From: Deltaproteobacteria bacterium | Lineage (GTDB): Bacteria; SAR324; NAC60-12 | Length of the DNA stretch: 64,000 nt | Direction: 5' to 3' | Assembly (NCBI GenBank): GCA_038150265.1 | Contig: JAYOTF010000002.1 | Coordinates: 17,303-81,302 of the forward strand | In this document: piece by piece, positions 30,571 through 39,960 of the stretch | Numbering within the stretch: position 1 is the first letter of the stretch | Layout of the letters: each line of letters opens with the position of its first letter | The notes under the pieces: model-generated | Told to the model about the DNA's origin: nothing | The model's input: the letters and a program-made list of their open reading frames with translations, nothing else | The model's database searches: none | Made by a program: the position numbers and the translations under genes

Positions 30571-32433
30571 TTAAACGAGTTTGAAGATTTCTCCAAGCTC
30601 GTCACGGATCTGACGGGTGTCCTTCCAGTGGGAGGCTCCCCGAACCTGGAACGATTCAGCCGTCGGCTTGCTGATCTCTTCCTCAAAGATCTGGCGGAAG
30701 GCCTTGGAGGCCGAGTGCTCAGGATTGATGACAAAGCGGGCGCCGGCTTCATAAAGCGCCTTCGCATCATCACTGGATCCGGCTGCCACGAGGAACGGCA
30801 CCCCGGAGTTCTTCAGCAGGGTGGCCAGCTCCAGGTTGGCATCCTGATCCTCTGCGTTACAGGCGACCACCAGCTTGGCCTGGTCGAAGCGGTACGCGCC
30901 CCAGACGCCGTTTTCGGTGCCATCTGCATAGAGCGGAACGATGTTCCCGTCAATCTTGGCACTGAAGTGGGCGTAAATCTCCGGGTCCATGTCCACAAGC
31001 AGCACCCGCTCGCCTTTTTCCTCATAGAACGCCGCAATCTCTTGGGAGAGTTCATTGAAGGAAAGCAGCACCACGTGGTCCTTCAACTCGAAGTTGTAGG
31101 TCTCAGCCAGTTCCTGCGGAGGCGTGTTGCGGTCCAGGAAGCTGACCAGGCCCTTGAAGGAGTTGTAGAGGGCGTTGATGCTGCCGTGTCCAAACGAGGA
31201 GAACACGAAGGAGAGCAGGGTCACACAGACGGCGGTCACAAAGACGTGGTCGGAAAAGAGGCCATCGGTCCAGGCCAGCAGAGCGAGGATGATGGTGATC
31301 TCGGAGCCGTGGTTCAGGGTCATGCCCACCATGAAGGTGGGGCGAGCCTTGAGGCCGGTGGCGTATCCCATGATGATGGAGATGATCGGCTTCACAATGA
31401 GGACCATGATCGTCAGCATGACAATGCCGCCGAAGCTGGAGGCATAGACGGAGCCGTCGATCCGAGCCATCATCACTCCCAGGGTGATGAAGAAGAGGAT
31501 CTGTCCAAAGGATTGCAGCGGGCCGACCTTGTCTTCCACGTCAATGCGGTAGGGCAGGATGCCGATGGAGACGCCGGCAAAGAAGGCCCCGGCTTCCGGA
31601 GCAATGCCCATGTAGTCGCAGATGCTGGCAATACCCATGCAGTAGCCCAGCGCACTGATGAAGAGCATCTCGGCAGACCGGAGCAGGTAGCGCAGGATCG
31701 GCTCAAGCAGCACCTTCGCGAGCACCAGCAGCACCAGCAGCAGGAGGAGCACTCCTTCGGTCATCCAGAGGTTGAACAGTCCAGAGCTGGCTCCAGTGCT
31801 GGTCTCAACCGAAGCGTCGAGCTTGGCCAGGAGGATCACTGCGACAAGGCTGGAAATGACCATGCCGCCTTTGGCGATCTGTCCATAGAGGGTTTCCTCG
31901 CTGCCATTGTGTTCCAGGGCCAGCCCCACCAGGGCGGCAGATGGAATGACCAGGCAGAGGGCAAAGTAGATGGAGTCGGCAAACCCGTTGGTGCCAACAA
32001 TCTTGGAGCCCACAAAGTAGAAGAACAGCAACCCGAGCGCCAGGTACCCGATTCCGTTGATCGTGATCAGGCGTCCTCGCTTGGTGATGTCGCTGATGTC
32101 AAACTGCAGGCCGGCCATGAAGAAGATCAGGATCACCCCAATCTGCTGAAATCCGAGCAGAATGGATTCAATTCCGGGGAACAGGGCCTCCAGTTCTTCC
32201 GGAGTCGAGGCCATGCCTCCAGCCACGCCTCCCATGATGAACCCCATCACAATGAAGGAGAGGGTTGCCGTTTGTTTGAGCATGGTCAGAACGATGGTGA
32301 TCAGCATCGCGCCTCCCAGCATGAGGCCTAGCGGCTTGATCAGCCACCCGCCACCTCCGGCATACGCCGGCAGAGCAATCAGCAGCAGCACTCCCAATGC
32401 TGCCGCAAATCGAATAAGTCGAGAATTCAGCAT
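30571..32433 (-). CDS. CPA2/Kef-type cation:proton antiporter paralogue 2 with C-terminal RCK(TrkA-N)-like domain
   Basis: About 12-13 TM helices, FMAGL, GAFFAG, FFITLG, soluble C-terminal alpha/beta domain. Confidence 0.85.
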   Translation of the reverse strand: MLNSRLIRFAAALGVLLLIALPAYAGGGGWLIKPLGLMLGGAMLITIVLTMLKQTATLSFIVMGFIMGGVAGGMASTPEELEALFPGIESILLGFQQIGVILIFFMAGLQFDISDITKRGRLITINGIGYLALGLLFFYFVGSKIVGTNGFADSIYFALCLVIPSAALVGLALEHNGSEETLYGQIAKGGMVISSLVAVILLAKLDASVETSTGASSGLFNLWMTEGVLLLLLVLLVLAKVLLEPILRYLLRSAEMLFISALGYCMGIASICDYMGIAPEAGAFFAGVSIGILPYRIDVEDKVGPLQSFGQILFFITLGVMMARIDGSVYASSFGGIVMLTIMVLIVKPIISIIMGYATGLKARPTFMVGMTLNHGSEITIILALLAWTDGLFSDHVFVTAVCVTLLSFVFSSFGHGSINALYNSFKGLVSFLDRNTPPQELAETYNFELKDHVVLLSFNELSQEIAAFYEEKGERVLLVDMDPEIYAHFSAKIDGNIVPLYADGTENGVWGAYRFDQAKLVVACNAEDQDANLELATLLKNSGVPFLVAAGSSDDAKALYEAGARFVINPEHSASKAFRQIFEEEISKPTAESFQVRGASHWKDTRQIRDELGEIFKLV

Positions 32434-32459
32434 GTTCAGTTCCTTATAGGTCAGACGAT

Positions 32460-34349
32460 TCAGGCGTGAGCCAGCTGGGCCTCTTCCGAGAGGCTTTTGA
32501 GTTCTTCAAGGTCCGCTTTTCCTGGCCCGGTGAAGGCTTCCTGGGCAGGCTTGTGCGCTTCCTGCTCAAACACTTCCCGGAAGGACTTGGCTGCCAGGTA
32601 CTCGGTCTGAATCACAAAACGTGCTCCTGAGCCATAGAGTTCAAGGGTCTCCTGGTGAGAGGAGGTGGCGGCAATGAAGGGCACTTCCGGAGAGCGTTCC
32701 TTCAGCCAGCGGGCAATGCCCATCTCAGCTTCCTGGCCACCGTCCATGCACGAGATCACCACCTTGGCCTGATCAAAGGCCATGCTTTCCCAAACATCCG
32801 GGTCCTGCATGTCGGAGTAGTGTGCGTGGATGTTGCTGTGTCCATGCTGGTTTTCGAAGTATTCGGTGATATCCGGATCCAGGTCGAGGAGCAGAACCTG
32901 TTGTCCCCGCTGGGCGTAGAAGTCGGCAATCTCGACGGCCAGGTCGTTGTACTCCATGATGACCACATGGTTTTCGAGGACCAGGTCGTGTTCCCCTTCG
33001 TGCTCGGTCTCTTCACGCGTCCGGCGTCCGTCCATGAACTTCAGTGGGCCAGAGAGGGCGTTGTAGATCTGATCCATGAACTGGTGTCCCAGAGACGACA
33101 GGAAGAAGGTGGTCAGGACGACAATCGTGATCACAATGAAGAGGTGCGGATCAAAGATCTTGTACTGGAGGCACAGGACCGAAAGCATGAGGGAGAACTC
33201 AGAGGACTGGTTGATGATCACCCCCATCAATAAGGAGGGGCGAGATTCCAGCTTGCTGAGGTAGCCCAGGGTCAGCATCAGCGGAATGGTGCCGATCACG
33301 ACCGGGACAATGGCGAGGATGATTCCGTCCATCAGTCCACCGAGCACCTGATCCACCTCCAGTCCGGAGATGTCAAAGCCCAGACCAAAGAAGAACAGCA
33401 TCACGCCGAAGGCCTTCAGCGGCTCCACCTTGTCTTCAATCTCATGCCGGTACGGCAGAGCGGCCAGAGTGGCGCCCGCGAAGAAGGCTCCGATTCCGGA
33501 GGAGAAGTGCACGACCTCACAGAGTCCGGCCACGCCCATTCCATACCCGAGGGTTCCGATGAAGAGGAGCTGCGGGGAGCGAGCAAAGAACTTGAAGAGC
33601 GGACTGAGGATGTGCTTGGTCACAAAGTAGAGGATGACGGCCAGGATGATCATCTTGCCGAAGATCAGGCCGACCTCCACTCCCAGGACCGGAGCTTCTT
33701 CGCCTGGAGCCACGGGCTTCAGCACTCCGAGGATGGCAAGGGCGACCACCGCGGTGATGTCCTGCAGCACCATCAGGCCCAGTGCAATCTGTCCATGCTC
33801 CTGTGCAATCTGTCCGGTTTGCTTGAGGTTCCCCACCACCAGGATGGTCGAGGAAAGGGTCAGGCAGATCCCGAAGTACAGCAGCGCCGCTGTGGCGTTT
33901 CCTTCCGGAAGCCCGGCGTTCCGCATGTATTCGGCATCAATGCCCATGTAAACGATACCAAATCCGACACAGACGATCAGCAAACCGATGATCTGCCCCA
34001 TGCCGTTGATCAGGAGCAGCTTCCAGCGCTTGATCAACCCCGGAATGTCCACTTCCATTCCGGCCATGAAGAGCAGGAGGGTGATGCCGACGTCCACGAA
34101 CGCGGTCATCACGTTCGTGTTGATGATCTCCTTGAAGCCAATGGCGCCTCCAATGATGCCAACAATGATGAAGGCAAAGAGGCTGGCTTGTTTGGCGTAG
34201 CTCAGGATGATTGCAATGATTGCAGCCGCCAGGAGCATGGCTCCCAGAGGCTCAATCAAATCCGTTCCGCCCCCGCCACCAGCCGCATAGGCTGGCAGGG
34301 CCAGTACGAGTGATCCCAGCAAGATGATGAGGCGTGCCATATGGTTCAT
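32460..34349 (-). CDS. CPA2/Kef-type cation:proton antiporter paralogue 1 with C-terminal RCK(TrkA-N)-like domain
   Basis: LLLFMAGME, LSSTILV, LVLQD-like (MVLQDI), GAFFAG, QSSEF; start 34349 or 34340. Confidence 0.9.
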   Translation of the reverse strand: MNHMARLIILLGSLVLALPAYAAGGGGGTDLIEPLGAMLLAAAIIAIILSYAKQASLFAFIIVGIIGGAIGFKEIINTNVMTAFVDVGITLLLFMAGMEVDIPGLIKRWKLLLINGMGQIIGLLIVCVGFGIVYMGIDAEYMRNAGLPEGNATAALLYFGICLTLSSTILVVGNLKQTGQIAQEHGQIALGLMVLQDITAVVALAILGVLKPVAPGEEAPVLGVEVGLIFGKMIILAVILYFVTKHILSPLFKFFARSPQLLFIGTLGYGMGVAGLCEVVHFSSGIGAFFAGATLAALPYRHEIEDKVEPLKAFGVMLFFFGLGFDISGLEVDQVLGGLMDGIILAIVPVVIGTIPLMLTLGYLSKLESRPSLLMGVIINQSSEFSLMLSVLCLQYKIFDPHLFIVITIVVLTTFFLSSLGHQFMDQIYNALSGPLKFMDGRRTREETEHEGEHDLVLENHVVIMEYNDLAVEIADFYAQRGQQVLLLDLDPDITEYFENQHGHSNIHAHYSDMQDPDVWESMAFDQAKVVISCMDGGQEAEMGIARWLKERSPEVPFIAATSSHQETLELYGSGARFVIQTEYLAAKSFREVFEQEAHKPAQEAFTGPGKADLEELKSLSEEAQLAHA

Positions 34350-34805
34350 GCTCCCTGATGATGAGGTTCCTCAAGATAGACTTTCAAAAAAGCCCTTAAT
34401 ATCTATCGACTTCGCCTACCGAACGCAATAGTTTCCTAGGTTTTTTTTCGGATTGCCGAAAAGCGCCAAAGATGCAAAAGAAGCACCTAACTGAACCAGA
34501 GTTGCACTCTCTGTAAAAAAAATATCCGGAAAATAACCAAATTACTCAAAAGGAAAAAAGCGGAAGCAACGAGGCCCCGAACCTTGATTCCGGGGAGCAC
34601 AGGCCGATTCCAGGCTTCCGAACCGAGGCAGAGGTTCCGAAAACTTGGTGAACGCTGGGCTTAAAAAAACAAGAAGGCGTCAAGAAAGGAAAAGAAGCGG
34701 AAAAGGATTCCGAAGCAACTTAGGGGAGGAAGAGCGAAGCGCTTTTGTTGAGAAAAGCAGGGAAAGAAAAGAAAGGAAGGAGTTGATCGGGAGATCAGAA
34801 AAGGA

Positions 34806-34891
34806 TGGTGCCGAAGAGGAGACTCGAACTCCTACGGGCGTTGCCCACTACCCCCTCAAGATAGCGTGTCTACCAGTTCCACCACTTCGGC
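34806..34891 (-). tRNA. tRNA-Leu(GAG)
   Basis: GCCGAAGTGGTGGAACTGGTAGACACG-CTATCTT GAG GGGGTAG, long variable arm GGGCAACGCCC, GTTCGAGT, CACCA; 86 nt. Confidence 0.97.
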
Positions 34892-34904
34892 ACTGCAATC
34901 CACT

Positions 34905-34933
34905 AAAATAAGCCCTCCCAACACGGAATGCAA
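34905..34933 (-). promoter_or_regulatory. sigma70-type promoter for tRNA-Leu
   Basis: TTGCAT-N17-TATTTT on the minus strand, 13 nt upstream of the tRNA. Confidence 0.55.
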
Positions 34934-34961
34934 GCAGATAATGAAAAAAGAGCGGACGGGC

Positions 34962-36578
34962 TCATGTCAGCTCGCGTGCCTGGTCACGGAGGACGTGCTT
35001 CTGCACCTTGCCAGTTGAGGTTTTGGGCAACTCTGCAAAGACGAAGGTTTTCGGGCACTTGAAGTGCGCCATCTCCTCTCGGCAGAAGGCCACGAGCTCC
35101 TCTTCAGTCGCCTGCTGCCCGGGCTTGAAGGTCACAAAGGCACAGGGCGTCTCGCCCCATTGGGAATCCGGACGTGCCACCACGGCGGCCTCCAGGATGG
35201 CCGGGTGCCGGTAGAGGGTCTCTTCAATCTCGAGGCTGGAAATGTTCTCCCCTCCGGAAATGATGACGTCCTTGGAGCGGTCCTTGATTTCCAGGTACCC
35301 GTCGGGGTGCATGACGGCGAGGTCTCCGGTCTGGAACCATCCCTGGCCCAGCACGGCCTCGGAAGCCTCCGGGTTCTTCAGGTAGCCCTTCATGACGGTG
35401 TTGCCGCGCAAGGCGATTTCTCCCAGCGTTTGCCCATCATGCGGCACGGGCTGTCCGGAGGCATCCAGCACTGCTGCCTCACTGAGGCTCGGGTAAAGGA
35501 CCCCTTGCCGAGCATTCTTGCGGGCCTGTTCCACCAGTGGCAGGTCGTTCCACTCCGCTTGCCACTGACAGATTGTGGCAGGACCATACGATTCCGTCAG
35601 GCCATACAGGTGGGTGACCCGGAAGTTCATGGGCTCCATGGCGGCAATCACCTGACTCGGTGGCGCTGCGCCGCCGGTGGCAATCACGACCGGATGCTCA
35701 AAGCGCAGAGAGGCTGCTTCCGGAGCATTGGCCAGCGCGTTGAGGATGATGGGAGCCCCGCAGAGGTGTGTGACGTGGTGCTTGCGGATGAGCTGAAACA
35801 CGGCCTCTGGTGTGAACTTGCGGAGGCAGACGTGCGAGGCTCCCATGGCAGTGACCCCCCAGTTGAACCCCCACCCGTTGCAGTGAAACATGGGGAGCGT
35901 CCAGAGGTAGGTGGACTCGGGCTGCATGCCCAGCATCATGGGGTTGCACAGCCCCGCGAGGTAGGCGCCCCGGTGGTGGTACACGACCCCCTTGGGATTT
36001 CCGGTGGTGCCAGACGTGTAGTTCAGGGAGATGGCCTCCCACTCGTCAGCGGGCCGGTGTGGCTCAAACTCCGGATTTCCTTCCTGCAAAAAGGCTTCAT
36101 ACGTCCGGGAGCCCAGCAACTCGCCCACCGGCTCGTCATCAATGTCAATCACAAGCAGGTCCCGGGGGCACTGCTCCAGCGCCTCTCGGATGACCGGAGA
36201 GAATTCTCGGTCGGTGATCAGGACCTTGGCCTCGCCATGCTCGAGGATGTGAGCAAGGGTTCGGGCGTCCAGTCGAATGTTGAGGGCATTGAGGATGGCC
36301 CCCGCCATGGGCACCCCGAAGTGGGCTTCCAGCATTGGCGGAATGTTCGGGGCCATCAAGGCGACGGTGTCCCCGGGCCCGACCCCATGACGCTGTAAAG
36401 CCGAGGCCAGGCGTCGGCAGCGGGCGGCCAGCTCCGGATACGTCCACTGCTGGTCCTGGTAGAAAACCGCAGGCTTGTTCCGGTGGATCCAGGCGGCGCG
36501 GTCGAGGAAGTCGATGGGGGTGAGGGGCTGGTAGTTGGCAGGACGTTTGGGCAGGTGTTCTTCAGAAAAATGGTTCAT
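34962..36578 (-). CDS. acyl-CoA synthetase (AMP-forming ligase)
   Basis: YTSGTTGNPKG, LPMFHCNGW, YGLTE, TGDLA, DRSKDVIISGGENISS, LPKTSTGK. True start MNHFSEE with RBS; the ORF-track extension overlaps another gene. Confidence 0.93.
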   Translation of the reverse strand: MNHFSEEHLPKRPANYQPLTPIDFLDRAAWIHRNKPAVFYQDQQWTYPELAARCRRLASALQRHGVGPGDTVALMAPNIPPMLEAHFGVPMAGAILNALNIRLDARTLAHILEHGEAKVLITDREFSPVIREALEQCPRDLLVIDIDDEPVGELLGSRTYEAFLQEGNPEFEPHRPADEWEAISLNYTSGTTGNPKGVVYHHRGAYLAGLCNPMMLGMQPESTYLWTLPMFHCNGWGFNWGVTAMGASHVCLRKFTPEAVFQLIRKHHVTHLCGAPIILNALANAPEAASLRFEHPVVIATGGAAPPSQVIAAMEPMNFRVTHLYGLTESYGPATICQWQAEWNDLPLVEQARKNARQGVLYPSLSEAAVLDASGQPVPHDGQTLGEIALRGNTVMKGYLKNPEASEAVLGQGWFQTGDLAVMHPDGYLEIKDRSKDVIISGGENISSLEIEETLYRHPAILEAAVVARPDSQWGETPCAFVTFKPGQQATEEELVAFCREEMAHFKCPKTFVFAELPKTSTGKVQKHVLRDQARELT

Positions 36579-36603
36579 GTGTTCCCCCTGTGAAACAAAG
36601 CGG

Positions 36604-36999
36604 TTAGTCCAGAAAGCGGTCACGCCACTCCGGTTGTGGCATCCAGCAGGTGTCGGGTCGGCCAAACCAGCGGATCCGGTGGCGAGCCACCCAATCATAC
36701 ACGGCATCGCGCCAGCGGGTGGGCAGAATCCGGAAGCACCCCAGCCAGGCCCAGGGCTTCCGGAGCCGCATCGCGACCCGCAAGGCCGCTTCGCTGCGGA
36801 CGAAGCACCCTCCGGGCTCCTCAATGAGGACGAGGCTGTCGGTGGTCTGGCGGTCGAGGTGGTGGCGCTCAAGCAGCTGTCGCCCCAACGGGCTCTGCAA
36901 AGAGGCAAAGCGAAACTGGGCATCCGGATCATGCTGGAGGACGAACTGCACGGAGAAGTTGCAGAGGGCGCACTCTCCGTCATAGAGCAGCAGGCTCAT
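36604..36999 (-). CDS. DCC-family thiol-disulfide oxidoreductase (DUF393/YuxK-like)
   Basis: YDGECALC, FASLQS, RDAVYDWVARHRIRWFG. Confidence 0.9.
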   Translation of the reverse strand: MSLLLYDGECALCNFSVQFVLQHDPDAQFRFASLQSPLGRQLLERHHLDRQTTDSLVLIEEPGGCFVRSEAALRVAMRLRKPWAWLGCFRILPTRWRDAVYDWVARHRIRWFGRPDTCWMPQPEWRDRFLD

Positions 37000-37316
37000 T
37001 CCGGCTTTTTGCGGGTTCGGGGGCGAACGATCGCCTTTTCCTTCTTGGGCTTTTCCTTGGGAGGCGGCTCGGTCTTTTCCGGTTTCTTGGCGCGTTTCCG
37101 GACCTGTCGGGTCGCTTGGCCAATCCAGGAGCTGACCAACTCGCTCCGTTCCTTTCCCACAATCTGACACAGAGCATCAAGTTGCTTGAGGGCTTCTTCA
37201 GAGAGCTGAAGCTCCACCCGCACCCTCCCTTTTTGCTGCAAGCGTTCGCGGTAGCGCTGTTGACGCTGCGCCCCGGTCAGAGGAGTCCGTTTGAATGAAG
37301 AGGAGGAAGTGGGCAT
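36996..37316 (-). CDS. small ribbon-helix-helix-like DNA-binding protein
   Basis: AQRQQRYRERL...RVELQLSEEALKQLDALC...RSELV pattern; Lys-rich tail; ATGA coupling to the next gene. Confidence 0.6.
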   Translation of the reverse strand: MPTSSSSFKRTPLTGAQRQQRYRERLQQKGRVRVELQLSEEALKQLDALCQIVGKERSELVSSWIGQATRQVRKRAKKPEKTEPPPKEKPKKEKAIVRPRTRKKPE

Positions 37317-37414
37317 GATCAAGAGCAGGTAATGGTTGGCAGAAGCGCTCACCCGACCCAGACACGGTGCCACATTTGTCCCTAAACCTCAATGAAAGGC
37401 CGCGGGCGGAGGCC

Positions 37415-38113
37415 TCAAATGAGGAGGGCTTCGATGAGAACGCAGCGACAGGCCTGCTCCGCTAGGTAGACCGACGCTCCTGCCAGGCAGAGAAAGGGGG
37501 CAAACGGAAAGGGCCGGCTGAGGGCTTCTTGCCCCGTCCGGAGTCCCTGCCACCCACCCCAGAGCGCCCCGAGAAGCGCGGCAAGGAAGAGGATCACCGG
37601 CAAGCCGAGGCTTCCGCTCCACAAGCCGAGCAGCCCCAGCACCGCGCCATCGCCTGAGCCCAGGCCTTCGCGCCCCCGGAGGGTCTCATAGACGACCCCG
37701 ACCCAATACAGTCCCCCAGCCCCGACCAGCAGGGCCAGGATTCGATCGGGAAGGAGGTGGGGCGCAAAGGCGATCAGCCAGCTGACCTGTAGCAGCGCGC
37801 CCAGCAGGAGCAGCCGCATCTCAATGAGCAGCACCTTGGAGTCAAGCCAGGCGAGGCCCGTCAGCGTGACCAGCAGAATGCCGTCTTGCAGCAACAAGGG
37901 AGACGGTCCCCGAAGCCAAACCAGCAGTGCCGCGATGCTGGTAAAGCTGAGGCTGAGGACGAGGGGCGAGAGGGGGAGCGGTGCAGGAACGGAGTCTGGA
38001 AGGGGGGCTTCCTCCAGCTCGTGGGCGAGGGTCTGGTTGAGGTGCCGGGTGAGCATCACGGCTGCCAGCAGCGCAACGGACGTGGCCAGGGCCCAGGTGC
38101 CCACCAGCAGCAT
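37415..38113 (-). CDS. A24 prepilin peptidase-like protein
   Basis: Multi-TM; catalytic aspartates in WLDSK and GLGSGD; PFAPFL. Confidence 0.8.
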   Translation of the reverse strand: MLLVGTWALATSVALLAAVMLTRHLNQTLAHELEEAPLPDSVPAPLPLSPLVLSLSFTSIAALLVWLRGPSPLLLQDGILLVTLTGLAWLDSKVLLIEMRLLLLGALLQVSWLIAFAPHLLPDRILALLVGAGGLYWVGVVYETLRGREGLGSGDGAVLGLLGLWSGSLGLPVILFLAALLGALWGGWQGLRTGQEALSRPFPFAPFLCLAGASVYLAEQACRCVLIEALLI

Positions 38114-38122
38114 GCGAACCGC

Positions 38123-38893
38123 CTAGCGCTGGCGACGGAGGTAGTCCAGCAGCGCCGGAACCACCAGCTCGGCACTCCAGAGGCCCCGGTCAAACTTCAT
38201 CTCGGGAAGGATGGTGTAGCGCCCGAAACGCATCTGACGTCCGGACTCCCGGACCGAGAGAAACCGGGGCTCGGAGGTGGCGGTGATCAACTGCATGGGC
38301 GTGCTCAATTCGCCCAGGTGGTCCCCGATGCCTTCCCAATGGACAGAAGCATTGAGGCTGTGGGCGTACGCCGAAGGGGTTCCCTCTGCCAGCTGTTCAA
38401 GTTGTTCGGGGGCAAAGGCTTCATCCACCCGGCACCGATCCAGGTAGCCCTGCAGGTTCCCTTGCTGCAGCAACGCCACGCCCTCTTCCTGGAGGGGCAA
38501 CTCATCAATGAGGGGGTAGGCATGGGCCGACATGGTGTTGAGGGTCCGGATCACCTGCCGGTGTGAGACCGCCATCTGAAAGCCCACCTGGGCGCCGAGC
38601 CCGACTCCGATGAAGTGGGTGTAGTCCACCCGCATCTCCTGCAGCACCCCAAGGACGTGGGCAATCCGGGCATCCATGGAGTAGGCCTCCGGATCTTCCG
38701 GAGCATCGCTGCGTCCCTGGCCCAGCGGTTCAAGCGCAACGATCCGGAAGATCGACTCCAATTGTTCAATGTAGCCGGTTTCCTGCCAGTAGTTTTCGGT
38801 GACCAGGATGGGGCCGTGCAGCAGCAGGTAGGGCCCCCGGTCTCCGTAAAGCTCGTAGTGGATCTTCTGGTGGTTGATGACGACAAAAGGCAT
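38123..38893 (-). CDS. alpha/beta hydrolase-fold protein (nucleophile Ser absent)
   Basis: IHYE..G, LLLHG, PLGQGRSD; nucleophile elbow reads GVGLG. Confidence 0.8.
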   Translation of the reverse strand: MPFVVINHQKIHYELYGDRGPYLLLHGPILVTENYWQETGYIEQLESIFRIVALEPLGQGRSDAPEDPEAYSMDARIAHVLGVLQEMRVDYTHFIGVGLGAQVGFQMAVSHRQVIRTLNTMSAHAYPLIDELPLQEEGVALLQQGNLQGYLDRCRVDEAFAPEQLEQLAEGTPSAYAHSLNASVHWEGIGDHLGELSTPMQLITATSEPRFLSVRESGRQMRFGRYTILPEMKFDRGLWSAELVVPALLDYLRRQR

Positions 38894-38907
38894 GTTGGTT
38901 TTGCAGG

Positions 38908-39960
38908 TCAGAGGCTGGTTGCAAGACGCAGTCGGGTTTTCATCTCGTCCAACTCTTCCGGAGTGGGCTGATGCCGCCACCTGCGGTGAAACCACGCCCA
39001 TTGGTCCGGGTACGTCCGGAGGAGGGCCTCCATTTGGCGGTTCAGGTGCAGGCTGACGAGGAACTGGTTCTGGGCATCGTCCACCTCCGGAAGGCGCGTG
39101 AAGCTCCCCCAGTTTTCAAAGCGGAGCCGGAAGCGTCCGTTGGGCTCACGGAGGATCAGGTAATTGACCACCGGGGCACCAGTCCGCAGGGCCAGGGCGG
39201 CTGCGCTTTGCGGCGTCTTGGCGGGGAGGTTGAAGAACGGCACCCAGTGGCTGGGGACGTTGGTGTCCTGGTCGATGGCCAGCACAAACACCTCCTTGTC
39301 CTGAAAGCAGCGGAGCAGCTTTCGGGTGGCATGCGGGTCACCGCGGCTGATGAGCTTGAGCGCCCCGCGCTCCCGGATGCTCCGGATGGCCTCGTTGAGG
39401 CGAGGGTCTGGCACATTGGTGGTAGACGCAGACATGGGAACCCCGGAGATCCGCGAGTAGATGTTGATCAGCTCCCAGTTTCCCAAGTGCAGGCCGAGGA
39501 GGATCACCCCCTTCTGCTGAGCGAGGGCCTGCTGCAGGGCGTCTTCATTTTCGAAGATCAGGCGCTCTTCTGCAGCCTGATCAATCTGATCCATGCCCAG
39601 GAACTCGAACAGCAACTGCCCAAAGTTTTCGAAGCAGGCCTGGAGCCAGGCTTCCCTTTGGGCATCAGACGCCTCGGGAAAGACGTGGGCCAGCTGGGTT
39701 TGGGCGATGCCCCGCTCCTTGGGAAAGAGCTTGAGGGCGATGCGTCCCAGCTGCTTCCCCAGCGTTTGCAGCTGTTCCAGCGGCAGGCGTTTTCCCAGCC
39801 AGGTCCCTCCTTGAAAGAGCCGCCACTCAGCCGTCCGGCGCCAGTGCGCCATCCGCGACGAGCGGTGGTGCCGAAACGCCTGGTAGTCAATGGCACTCCC
39901 GTCCGACTGCCAATGCGCCTCAAAGGCAGACTCGCTTTCCGTGGGCTCAGAGTTGGGCAT
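38908..39960 (-). CDS. lpxL: lipid A biosynthesis acyltransferase (LpxL/HtrB family)
   Basis: HLGNWE, IDQD, VPFF, PDQWAWFHRRW. Confidence 0.82.
   Translation of the reverse strand: MPNSEPTESESAFEAHWQSDGSAIDYQAFRHHRSSRMAHWRRTAEWRLFQGGTWLGKRLPLEQLQTLGKQLGRIALKLFPKERGIAQTQLAHVFPEASDAQREAWLQACFENFGQLLFEFLGMDQIDQAAEERLIFENEDALQQALAQQKGVILLGLHLGNWELINIYSRISGVPMSASTTNVPDPRLNEAIRSIRERGALKLISRGDPHATRKLLRCFQDKEVFVLAIDQDTNVPSHWVPFFNLPAKTPQSAAALALRTGAPVVNYLILREPNGRFRLRFENWGSFTRLPEVDDAQNQFLVSLHLNRQMEALLRTYPDQWAWFHRRWRHQPTPEELDEMKTRLRLATSL

Noticed and set aside
13188..34891. tRNA genes as integration sites of an island
   Set aside because: No integrase, no duplicated tRNA 3' end seen, and no obvious composition shift over the flanking genes.
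36579..36983. 135-aa N-terminal extension of the acyl-CoA synthetase in the ORF track
   Set aside because: It overlaps the DCC-family gene in another frame. The RBS and family homology begin at Met 36578.
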